Source of the DNA: a bacterium
GTDB taxonomy: Bacteria; UBA8248
Length of the DNA: 64,000 nt
NCBI GenBank assembly: GCA_965213625.1
Contig: CBDBZU010000004.1
Location: 2,407,356 to 2,471,355, forward strand
Reading direction: 5' to 3'
Every line of letters starts with the position of its first letter. Position 1 is the stretch's first letter. Shown in pieces: positions 7,678 to 15,943 of the stretch. The notes beneath the pieces were generated by a model. It made no database searches and was not told where the DNA came from. It saw only the letters and a program-made list of their open reading frames with translations. The translations under genes were made by a program, and so were the position numbers.

Positions 7678-8862
7678 CTACAAATTGAGCGCCAGGCGGC
7701 TCACGGTGATTTCGGTTTCCTCCAGAATTTCCGCCCGCGTCGTTTTTCCGCTCAGAACGGCCGTCAACTCCTCGTGCAGGAGGCCCACGGCTTGATCCTT
7801 GGATATCTCGCCGCGCATGACGCCGCTGATGTCGAGATCGGTGTTCTCCGCCATGCGCGCCGCCGTCCGGGGATTGGCCGTCACCTTGATGGTGGGGGAG
7901 ACGGGGTGCCCGATGGGGTTTCCATTGCCTGTGTTGAAGACGATGGCCTGCGACCCGCACGCGGCCAGCGCCGTGACGTTCTCGACCCCGGCGCTCGGCG
8001 CGTCGAGGAACACGCAGCCGCGCTCCTTCGTCAACTCGCCGGGAACGATGACGTCGGCGATATCGCGCGTACCCGCTTTTTTCACCGCGCCCAGGCTTTT
8101 TTCTTCAATCGAGGAGAGACCGCCCTGAATGTTGTCCTCGGTCGGGTTGCAGCCGATGATGTCCATGCCCATCTCATGCGCGTAGTCCATCGTGCGCGCA
8201 ACCGCTCCCAGGAGTTTTTTGCGCACCTTGGCGCTCGCCGCCCGCTTTGCGAGAAGGTGCTCCGCGCCGACGATCTCCATGGTCTCTGAAAATAGCACGA
8301 CGCCGCCCGCGTCCACGATCCTGTCCGCCAGGACGCCGGTGACCGGGTTCGCCACAAGGCCGCTCGTGGTGTCCGAGCCGCCGCATTCAGTGCCCAGGGT
8401 GACCTCGGACAGATTGCACCTTTGCCGCCTCGCCGCGCTCAGGTGGCCGTACAGCTTCTGGGCGATCTCCACCCCCCGGCTCGCCGTCTGGAGCGTGCCG
8501 CCCGTCTCGTGGATGGTCAAGGTCTCGATAGGCATCCACGGCGAGGCTTCCGCCGCCACGTCGGCCAGGTCCTGTGCGCTCTTGGGCTCCAGGCTCACGA
8601 CGATGGCCGCGCCCACGTTCGGGTGACCCGCCGTGCGGCCCATCACCCGGTAGTGCTGCCTCTCGTCCTCGCCGAACAGGTTTCTGCCAAAGGTGGTGTT
8701 CACGACGACCGCCTCGCGCACGAGTTTCCCGATACGCCGCGCGAGGGGGTTGGCGTTGTCCATCGCGCTCACGATGACGAGGTGGTTCCGCGCACCGGGC
8801 GGCCCGCTCGGACGCCTGAAGCCCATGAAGGTGTTGCTCGGCTTTTTTCTCGGCAATCTCAT
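7678..8862 (-). CDS. UxaA-family hydrolyase/dehydratase, large (C-terminal) domain protein
   Basis: 'FMGFRRPSGPPGARNHLVIV' and 'GTECGGSDTTSG' are characteristic of altronate/galactarate dehydratase-like proteins. No SAF-domain partner is adjacent. Confidence 0.8.
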   Translation of the reverse strand: MRLPRKKPSNTFMGFRRPSGPPGARNHLVIVSAMDNANPLARRIGKLVREAVVVNTTFGRNLFGEDERQHYRVMGRTAGHPNVGAAIVVSLEPKSAQDLADVAAEASPWMPIETLTIHETGGTLQTASRGVEIAQKLYGHLSAARRQRCNLSEVTLGTECGGSDTTSGLVANPVTGVLADRIVDAGGVVLFSETMEIVGAEHLLAKRAASAKVRKKLLGAVARTMDYAHEMGMDIIGCNPTEDNIQGGLSSIEEKSLGAVKKAGTRDIADVIVPGELTKERGCVFLDAPSAGVENVTALAACGSQAIVFNTGNGNPIGHPVSPTIKVTANPRTAARMAENTDLDISGVMRGEISKDQAVGLLHEELTAVLSGKTTRAEILEETEITVSRLALNL

Positions 8863-8900
8863 TCTCCCGTATTGGTGTAAAAGCCTTGGAGCCGTGCTCT

Positions 8901-9740
8901 TTAATCGTCAAACGGCGCTGGGCGGTGGTGTACGTTCACCTCGCGCGTCTTGATGTATTCGATGACGCCGATGAGACGTTCCACCACGGCCTCGTGGAAG
9001 GCGCGCCCTTTCTCCGGGGTGGCTTGGGTCGGGTCGCCGGATTGTCCCTGATCGCCGATCTCGGCCCGGTATTCGCTCACCGTCTTGGGGTAGAAAAAGC
9101 GCGGCGCGTCCACCGCCGGGTCCGAAATATGGTGCCCCGTCATCCACTCGGGGTTGGGGTTCGAGTTCTTAGGCTCAGCTTTTTCCATGTCGACCAGGTG
9201 GGGATACATGTGGAGCGCGTGCGAGGCTTCCAGCTCGCACGCGTGGCCCTGTCCGCCGGGGGGCGTGGTCCTGATATCCGCAATCCTGTCGAAGGCGATG
9301 ATGCCGACGTCCACGATGGCGAGCGCCGCTCCCGTTTTCTGCCGCATCTGGTTCACGGCGATCTCGAGCGGCGCCAGGTTGGCCCGCCTGTGTCCGTTCA
9401 CCAGGATCACGCGGTTGAAGCCGTGGTAGAGGAGGCTGCTCATGATATCGGTCACGACGGCTGTCAGGGTCTCGGGTCTCAGCGTAACCGTGCCCTTAAG
9501 CGCCATGTGGTTGTTGGTCCAGCCGTACCAGAGGGTGGGGTAGACCAGAACGCCCGCCCGCTGCCCTGCGTCCTGCGCGACGTGGTGGGCGGCGAGCGCG
9601 TCGTGGCCCATGGGCATGTGCGGGCCGTGCTGCTCTATGCTACCCACGGGCAGGATGACCAGATCGTTTCCCGAATCCAGGTAATCGCGCACCTCGCGCC
9701 AGCTTTTCTCATGCGCCCAGGGAGTTTCGGCGGTATCCAT
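8901..9740 (-). CDS. creatininase-family amidohydrolase
   Basis: 'VILPVGSIEQHGPHMP' and 'RVILVNGHRRAN' are signature blocks of the creatininase family. Confidence 0.85.
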   Translation of the reverse strand: MDTAETPWAHEKSWREVRDYLDSGNDLVILPVGSIEQHGPHMPMGHDALAAHHVAQDAGQRAGVLVYPTLWYGWTNNHMALKGTVTLRPETLTAVVTDIMSSLLYHGFNRVILVNGHRRANLAPLEIAVNQMRQKTGAALAIVDVGIIAFDRIADIRTTPPGGQGHACELEASHALHMYPHLVDMEKAEPKNSNPNPEWMTGHHISDPAVDAPRFFYPKTVSEYRAEIGDQGQSGDPTQATPEKGRAFHEAVVERLIGVIEYIKTREVNVHHRPAPFDD

Positions 9741-9760
9741 GGCTTTTCTCCTCTCGTGTG

Positions 9761-10053
9761 GGGGTTATTGAAAAACCCCTCGTCGGGTTTCCCTGCAATA
9801 CAGCCTTCCCGTCTCCCTCATCCTGAGTAGCGGCCCCTCGACTTCGCTCGGGACAAGCTCCGCCCCCACCTTCCTCATCCTGAGTAGCCGCCGAAGGTGG
9901 CGTATCGAAGGGTGCCTTCTCGCTTGTCACGAGGCGCCTCCCATCCTTCGATACGGCGCTTGCGCGCCTACTCAGGATGAGGCTTTGTTGCGGCGTGCGC
10001 CGCGTGCCCCGTCATATGTCCGATCTCGAAACCGGCTTTTTCAACAACCCCCT
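9761..10053. repeat. MITE-like element with GGGGTT(A/G)TTGAAAAA terminal inverted repeats, containing nested CTCATCCTGAGTAG...CTACTCAGGATGAG palindrome
   Basis: GGGGTTATTGAAAAACCCC (9761-9779) matches the reverse complement of GGCTTTTTCAACAACCCCC (10035-10053). The inner arms are 9877-9894 and 9968-9985. No credible ORF is present. Confidence 0.7.
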
Positions 10054-10062
10054 GGGGTTTCA

Positions 10063-10395
10063 CTAAAACAAAAGGCTCCGCAAGCCCGGAAACAGCATGA
10101 ATACGCAAACGCCCGCGCCGAGGCCCGCGAGCAGGTTTTTTCCCGCAGCATAGAAGACGCCCACGCAGACCGCCAGCCCCGCGAGGCGGTCGATGAGGTG
10201 TGATTCCGCGAGGGCGCCGCCGGGCAGCAGGATGATCTTCATCATCAGGCCGGTGGCGATGGCGTAGGCCACGCAGGTCACCCACTCGAAGATGGGGCTG
10301 TCGTCCTCAATCCGGCCCGCGATGAGGACGCCCATCCACCGCCACGAATAGGTGCAGACGATGGCGATTCCCAATAAAATCGCGGCGTCAGGCAT
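10063..10395 (-). CDS. azlD: AzlD-family branched-chain amino acid transport protein
   Basis: 110-aa hydrophobic protein overlapping the 3' end of the azlC-like gene. It has the typical AzlD size and layout. Confidence 0.75.
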   Translation of the reverse strand: MPDAAILLGIAIVCTYSWRWMGVLIAGRIEDDSPIFEWVTCVAYAIATGLMMKIILLPGGALAESHLIDRLAGLAVCVGVFYAAGKNLLAGLGAGVCVFMLFPGLRSLLF

Positions 10396-11113
10396 CCTTC
10401 TTCCTCATTCTCCCGAACCAGAAGGCGAGCGTTCCGGCCAGGACGCCGCCCGTGAGGAGCCCCCAGTCGGTGGAGACCGTATACCCCAGCGGCACGAGAA
10501 CGCAGCCGAGCACCACCGAGGTCAGAACTGAGCGCTGGCTGCTCCGGGCGGCCAGCAGCAGCATGAAGAGCGGCGTGATGAGCATGAGCGCCCGCGCGAT
10601 GAGGCCGGGCATCCTGGAGGCCATCGTGTATCCGAACGCGGTGCCCAGAAGCCCCATGGACATGCAGGCGGTCGTGAAGCCGAAGAAATAAGCCGTGCGC
10701 AGGCGCTTCTCCTGGACGTGGCGGCACATCTCGACGATCTGGACGAAGGAGGTGACCGAGTTGACGTGGGCCATCCAGAAATGCGCGGTCTCTACGCCCG
10801 GCCGTTTCCGCAGCAAGGGCATGGTTGCGATGGTGAGCGGGAACATCCGCACGTTGGCGATGGTGACCGAGGCGATGAGCGCGACACCCCCGACGCCTGT
10901 GGCGAAAAGCTCCACGAAGGCCACCTGGCCCGGCGTGCTCCACATGCCGCCCGTCATGCCCAGTGCGATCAGGAGCGAGACGCCGCTGTCCCTGGCGAGT
11001 GCGCCGAAGCCCGACATGGCGGCGAAAAGCCCGATGCCGGGCGCCTGGGTGCAATGTTTCGCCCCCTGGCGGAAATACGCCCCCCAGGTTTTTTCGGTGC
11101 GTCGAAAATCCAT
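10388..11113 (-). CDS. azlC: AzlC-family branched-chain amino acid permease
   Basis: The internal ATG (MDFRRTEKTW...) of track ORF 10388..11473 is the start. The upstream 120 codons overlap the thrC-like gene and are Arg/Gly junk. The protein is multi-TM and the start overlaps the preceding stop (ATGA). Confidence 0.75.
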   Translation of the reverse strand: MDFRRTEKTWGAYFRQGAKHCTQAPGIGLFAAMSGFGALARDSGVSLLIALGMTGGMWSTPGQVAFVELFATGVGGVALIASVTIANVRMFPLTIATMPLLRKRPGVETAHFWMAHVNSVTSFVQIVEMCRHVQEKRLRTAYFFGFTTACMSMGLLGTAFGYTMASRMPGLIARALMLITPLFMLLLAARSSQRSVLTSVVLGCVLVPLGYTVSTDWGLLTGGVLAGTLAFWFGRMRKKDA

Positions 11114-12246
11114 CAGGTGCTCATGATCTTTTCGAGCTTGTCGGCGGCCTTCAAGCCGTGGCCCGTCACGGGAACGACCACGATGTCCGACTGCTTGACC
11201 TTCCCTTGCTCCTTCAAAAGAGCGAGAGCGGCAAAAGCGACGGCGCTCGTCGGCTCCATCAGGATGCCGTTCGCGCCGAACTCCCGGAGGAGGGGAGGGA
11301 TGGTTTCGTCCCGGGTAGCGACGAAGCATCCCCCGCTTTCTTGGACGGCCTCGCGCATCTGCTTCCAGCGGACGGGCGTTGCGATGGAGATGCCCTCCGC
11401 GAGCGTGTCCTCCGGGATGATCTCCGGCACGGCGTCGAGGTTTTCCTCCCACATCCGCACCATCGGCGCGCAATTCGCCGCCTGGGCCGCGAAGATTTTA
11501 GGTAGCTCATCGATATAACCGGCGCGTAAGAGTTCCTTGAACCCCAGGTACGCGCCGAGCAGGGCCGAGCCGTGCCCGGCGGGGGAGACGACGGCGTCGG
11601 GCGCGCGGAAGCCCAGTTGCTCCCACACCTCGAACGCCCAGGTCTTCGTGCCGTGGTTGAACCAGGGGTTCCAGAAATGGGAGGCGTAGAAGCGCTCTTT
11701 GGCCGCCTCCATCGCGACGGCGGTGGATGCGGCCCGGGGACCGGGGATTTTCTTGAGGTTTGCGCCGTAGGCGGTGATTTGCGCGCACTTGGCCGCGGAG
11801 GTGGAGGCGGGCGCGTAGATGTCACATTCGATTCCGGCGCGCGCCGCGTAGGCTGCGACGGCGGCGGCGGCGTTGCCCGAAGAATCCATGAGCACCTGAT
11901 CGAGGCCCCACTCCTTCATCTTGCTCATGAGCACGGTGGCGCCGCGGTCCTTGAACGAGCCGGTGGGGAAGAGGAAATCGAGCTTGCAGAGGATTTCCAT
12001 TCCCGAGAAAACGAGGGGGACGAGCGGCGTCATACCCTCGTTCATGCTGACGATGTTCTCATCCTTCTCGACAGGAATCGCCTCTCTATAGCGCCACAAG
12101 GTGGCGGGGCGTTTTCCGAGGGACTCGCGGGTGAAGACGGCGTTCGGCACCACCTCCAGGGGCCCGCCGCAATCGCACCGCCAGCGGGGTTCACTCGGGG
12201 GGTACTTCTCCCCGCAGTCGATACAGGCGAATTCCACGTCACTCAT
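11113..12246 (-). CDS. threonine synthase-like PLP enzyme with N-terminal Cys4 zinc ribbon
   Basis: 'FPTGSFKDRG' is the PLP lysine motif. 'CIDCG...CDCGG' forms the ribbon. The start is ATG 12246 or 12264. Confidence 0.8.
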   Translation of the reverse strand: MSDVEFACIDCGEKYPPSEPRWRCDCGGPLEVVPNAVFTRESLGKRPATLWRYREAIPVEKDENIVSMNEGMTPLVPLVFSGMEILCKLDFLFPTGSFKDRGATVLMSKMKEWGLDQVLMDSSGNAAAAVAAYAARAGIECDIYAPASTSAAKCAQITAYGANLKKIPGPRAASTAVAMEAAKERFYASHFWNPWFNHGTKTWAFEVWEQLGFRAPDAVVSPAGHGSALLGAYLGFKELLRAGYIDELPKIFAAQAANCAPMVRMWEENLDAVPEIIPEDTLAEGISIATPVRWKQMREAVQESGGCFVATRDETIPPLLREFGANGILMEPTSAVAFAALALLKEQGKVKQSDIVVVPVTGHGLKAADKLEKIMST

Positions 12247-12470
12247 TTTCCGCCGCCGATTCATCCGTTATAGTGAGGGTAAATGACGTTCAAGGCTAAA
12301 TGATTCCGCGCGTCGGCGTCCAGTCGCGCGGGGGAGATTCGGGGGGGAGGGATGGAGGTACTCCTTTCTGGAGGGAGTTGTTGTCAAGGTCCTGATATTC
12401 TGATTCGAGGTATGGAACTGAGTGAGGTGGGGGAAATACAATATTTCCCCCATGCAGAATGCTAACCAAA

Positions 12471-12675
12471 CACTCCCCCCTTGAGGGGGAGTCGGCAAGG
12501 CGAGGACGGAGTCCGAAGCCGCGCCGGTGGGGGGTATAATTCGGAATGGCAATAAAACGCATTTTACCCCCCACCGAATCAGCCTTCACCTGTCGGTTCG
12601 GCTTCCTCGACTCCCCCTCAAGGGGGGAGTGAATTTCCCCTCTACTTGGGTAGTAGTGATCCTCAAGGGGGGAGT
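12471..12675. repeat. palindromic repeat family C, copy 2
   Basis: It aligns with 4834-5057 in the same orientation, except for the centre 12526-12575, which is the reverse complement of the copy-1 centre. Confidence 0.8.
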
Positions 12676-12772
12676 AGTTCTCTTCTCTCTCGTGGATTGG
12701 CGATGCTGTTCGAAGAAGTCGTCAACATAAACGTATAATCCACATTCGAATTGATAATTTCAGGAGATTTTC

Positions 12773-14074
12773 ATGGTAACGGACCCCAGGTTTTTCCCCA
12801 GAGACGGTCGCACGGGCGACGCGGCGGCTGCGTTTTCTACGGAGGAGCGCGACAGGCGGTGGAACGCGGTGCGCGCCGCCATGGACGAGCGCGGGCTCGA
12901 CTGCCTCATCGTCATCGGACGCGGCTCGAACGGCAACGGCGACACCCGCTGGCTCGACGGGGGCGATTACGGGGAGCGCAGCATGGTGTTTCCGAGAAAG
13001 GGCGCGCCCGTCACCTTCTGGCTCCTGCAGAACTGGGGCAAGTGGTACACCGAATCGTGCTTCGAGGGGGTTCGCTACCGGGGGCACGAAGGGAAGGTGA
13101 GCATCGTGGCGGCCGACGCCATCAAGGAGCTGGGGTATGAGAGCGGGCGAATCGGCATCGTCGGCCTGATCGGCGGGGGATACGGTTCCGAAGGCGCGAT
13201 TCCCTACATGACGTACCAGAACCTGAAAAGGCTTCTGCCGGACGCGGCGTTCGCGGACGCTTCGGACATCCTCACGCGCCTCCGCATGTTGAAGAGCGAT
13301 GAAGAGGTCGCGATGCTCGAGAAGGCGGCCGAGATGGTGAACATCGAGATAGACGCCGTGCTCGGCTGCTGCCGACCGGGCGTGCGGGAGAGCGAGGTGT
13401 ATGCGGCGCTGTTCGGCGCGAGCCTGCGCGCGGGGGCGGAGCCGGGGCGCGACAGCTGGCTCATTATGTGTTCGGGGAAGGGCTATCCGGTGAACAGAAG
13501 GCCCACGGACAGGATTCTGCGCACGGGCGACATGATGTGCATCGGCTATTATGCGCGCTACGGGGGCTACTGGAGCCATCCGCACACCTCGATGTCGCTG
13601 GGCCCGATGGATGAGGAATACAAACCGATTCGAGAAGCCGTGCGCGAAAGCCTGCACGCCGCGCTCGAAGCCTTGAAGCCGGGCACGCCGTGGAGCGAGG
13701 TGGACCGCGCATCGAACGAGGCGATCTTAAAAGCCGGGTACTACCACGAGATTCCCCAGGTGCACGGGGTGGGAATCGACGGCATCGAGCCGCCCATGAC
13801 GACGATATGCGCGGGCGAAATTCCGCGAAAATTCGCGTGGCGCGAGCCTTTCGTCGAGGGGAGCCTGGCCGAGAACCCCGAATGGCGCGAACTCGCGGGG
13901 GACCGCTACGGATTTCTGGCGGATTTCGAGGTCGAGGCGGGCATGTGCCTCGCCGTCGAAATCAAGGCCGCGCACGAGGACAGGATATTCATGGTCTTCG
14001 GTCCACAGGTGATCGTGGAGGAGAGCGGCCCGCGGATTCTCACGCCCGAGGCGATGGACGTGATCGAGTTGTAG
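12773..14074 (+). CDS. M24-family metallopeptidase (Xaa-Pro aminopeptidase / creatinase-like)
   Basis: 433-aa ORF with a creatinase-like N-domain ('ERGLDCLIVIG') and a pita-bread C-domain ('GDMMCIGY', 'HGVGIDGIEPP'). Confidence 0.8.
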   Translation: MVTDPRFFPRDGRTGDAAAAFSTEERDRRWNAVRAAMDERGLDCLIVIGRGSNGNGDTRWLDGGDYGERSMVFPRKGAPVTFWLLQNWGKWYTESCFEGVRYRGHEGKVSIVAADAIKELGYESGRIGIVGLIGGGYGSEGAIPYMTYQNLKRLLPDAAFADASDILTRLRMLKSDEEVAMLEKAAEMVNIEIDAVLGCCRPGVRESEVYAALFGASLRAGAEPGRDSWLIMCSGKGYPVNRRPTDRILRTGDMMCIGYYARYGGYWSHPHTSMSLGPMDEEYKPIREAVRESLHAALEALKPGTPWSEVDRASNEAILKAGYYHEIPQVHGVGIDGIEPPMTTICAGEIPRKFAWREPFVEGSLAENPEWRELAGDRYGFLADFEVEAGMCLAVEIKAAHEDRIFMVFGPQVIVEESGPRILTPEAMDVIEL

Positions 14075-14116
14075 TTCGAGCACGACCGATGCGGGAGGGT
14101 TCAACGCGACCAATGC

Positions 14117-14340
14117 GGGGTTGTTGAAAAAAGTCCCCTTTTCAGGGGATGGAGGGGACGTACTTATCGACTGGAAAACCAACCCCCCCTACCCCCCCTT
14201 GTCAGGGGGGTAAAAAAGGCGATGCACCCCAGCCGGGCAGAGGGGGTTTTGCTTTTTCTTGCCCCCCTGACAAGGGGGGGTAGGGGGGGTTGGTTTTATG
14301 GGGTTGCCGTTACCCACTCAAGGACTTTTTCAACAGTCCC
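14117..14340. repeat. second GGGGTTGTTGAAAAA-TIR element enclosing a perfect 36-bp inverted repeat (14175-14210 / 14262-14297)
   Basis: GGGGTTGTTGAAAAAAGTCCCC at 14117 pairs with GGACTTTTTCAACAGTCCC at 14322-14340. The inner arms AAAACCAACCCCCCCTACCCCCCCTTGTCAGGGGGG and its exact reverse complement are separated by 51 bp. Confidence 0.8.
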
Positions 14341-14553
14341 ATCAAGGAGGGAGTGAATCTTTACTCTGCTCGGTCCGGTTTAACCTCCGAGGGGAGAGTG
14401 ATTTCCCTGCCAACTCGGGAGTCATTGCACCCGTATTTGCCCGCATTTGCGGCAGGGGGGCAATGGAGAAAGATTCCGGGTATGTCGGCGCTGTGGTCCG
14501 GCCCCACTGGAGCTTATGGAATTTCCGAAATTTTCGATCGCGGCGTAAGCGCG

Positions 14554-15327
14554 TCAGCGCGACTTCGGTACCACCAGGGTCTCGGGGCGGCGTTCCTGGG
14601 CCGTCTTGAAGAGCGTGAAAGTCTGGTTCACGAAATTCACCACTCCGGAGATATGTTCGAGATAGGCGTCGAGCTCCGGCGTGCGCTCGGCCTCGACGAG
14701 TTGAACGGGCCGATCCTGAGGCGTCGTTTCGAACTGGCAATAGAAAAGCGGCTCGCCCCGGGTGAGGCGCAGCGCCTTGTCGACGTCATGCCACTCGAAC
14801 GCCCACATCAGGGGTCTCGGCCACACGTCGATGGGAAAGCGGCCGCCGAAAATCGTGCCTGGCCAGGGTTCCTTCTGGTAGTGCATGAAGGGCGCAATCT
14901 GGGATATATAGACCGGTTCGTCCGCGATGAACACGTAGGGAAGCGCCATCTGGATGGTGGGGCGGTCCGGATAACGCCATTCCGCTTCGGGCGTGATGTG
15001 AAGAAAGGAAGAGAGTTGCTTCGTGCGAACCGGTGACTTCTGGCCCAGGAGGTTCCGCAGAGCCGGCTTGCCGTTCTTGTTCCGGGTGAAACCGAGATGC
15101 AGGTCGAAGGGGCATTTCACTTCGAAGTAACGGCTCTCTAAGTTGAGTATCGCCGGGCAGCGGGAGGCCGATTTTGCGTGGCGCTTGCTCATCTCCGCAG
15201 AGCGCACGCGTGTGGGCGCGTCATAAATTGCGCCGCCGCGCTCTTCGGTCAGCAGCCAGCCGATTTTCACCGGGCCCGATCCCGGGCCTTCGCCCGGCAA
15301 CTCATGGGTGACGTGAATGTCCATCAT
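14554..15327 (-). CDS. hypothetical protein (257 aa), family not recognised
   Basis: Long ORF with AAGGAGAG directly upstream of a tandem ATG ATG. The amino-acid composition looks normal and it has no signal peptide or TM segment. It lies 120 bp downstream of the T1SS/HATPase operon on the same strand. Confidence 0.6.
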   Translation of the reverse strand: MMDIHVTHELPGEGPGSGPVKIGWLLTEERGGAIYDAPTRVRSAEMSKRHAKSASRCPAILNLESRYFEVKCPFDLHLGFTRNKNGKPALRNLLGQKSPVRTKQLSSFLHITPEAEWRYPDRPTIQMALPYVFIADEPVYISQIAPFMHYQKEPWPGTIFGGRFPIDVWPRPLMWAFEWHDVDKALRLTRGEPLFYCQFETTPQDRPVQLVEAERTPELDAYLEHISGVVNFVNQTFTLFKTAQERRPETLVVPKSR

Positions 15328-15446
15328 CTCTCCTTATTATATGAAAGCAGTGAACGCCGACGACTCATGAGGCATCGCGCCGGGTATCGTCCGCTACTAT
15401 TTCGAACCCGCAAGCGCGGCGCTGGAGAGTGAACGCGGTTTGGCAT

Positions 15447-15911
15447 TCAATAATCCGGGTCATGCTCGACGTCCGTCTCCGCCTCGAAGGCTTCGTGCGT
15501 TTCCTTCGACATGATCAGGATATTGCATTCATTTTTCCGTTGGTATTCGATGCTGTCCATCACCTGGTTCACAAGGAAAAGGCCGAGCCCGGCCAAGAGT
15601 TCTTCGCCTTCTTCCGGTGACCCATCACCATCGGCCGTTACCGACAAATCGAACGATGCGCTGTTGTCCACAATTTCGACGATGAGTTGGCTTTCCTCCA
15701 CACGCAGGATGATTTCGATTCGATGTTGTTCGTCATCATCGTATCCATTGCTGATCCTGTTGGTGAGAACTTCCTCTATCGATAGGTTGACCGCATAACC
15801 GATCTGCGGCGCGTAGTTCCGCTCCGCGCAGAATTCGTCGATCTGCGCGGCGACGCCGGCTATTTCCCTCAGGTCGTTAACGAGCGAGATTTCAAGGGTG
15901 TCTTCTTCCAT
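15447..15911 (-). CDS. RsbW-like HATPase_c anti-sigma-factor/Ser kinase-type protein
   Basis: N-box 'IEEVLTNRISNGY', G2-like 'GLGLFLVNQV', and a degenerate G1 'IVDNSASFD'. It has an acidic tail and lies 33 bp downstream of hlyD. Confidence 0.65.
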   Translation of the reverse strand: MEEDTLEISLVNDLREIAGVAAQIDEFCAERNYAPQIGYAVNLSIEEVLTNRISNGYDDDEQHRIEIILRVEESQLIVEIVDNSASFDLSVTADGDGSPEEGEELLAGLGLFLVNQVMDSIEYQRKNECNILIMSKETHEAFEAETDVEHDPDY

Positions 15912-15943
15912 GATATCTCCTCCCTTCGAAAAAGGCGCGTCGC

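Noticed and set aside
14554-15327. The 257-aa protein as the T1SS substrate.
   Set aside because: It has no RTX or GGxGxD repeats and no acidic or Gly-rich C-terminal region, and its tail is basic ('ERRPETLVVPKSR'). Nothing in the sequence supports secretion, so it is kept as an unknown.
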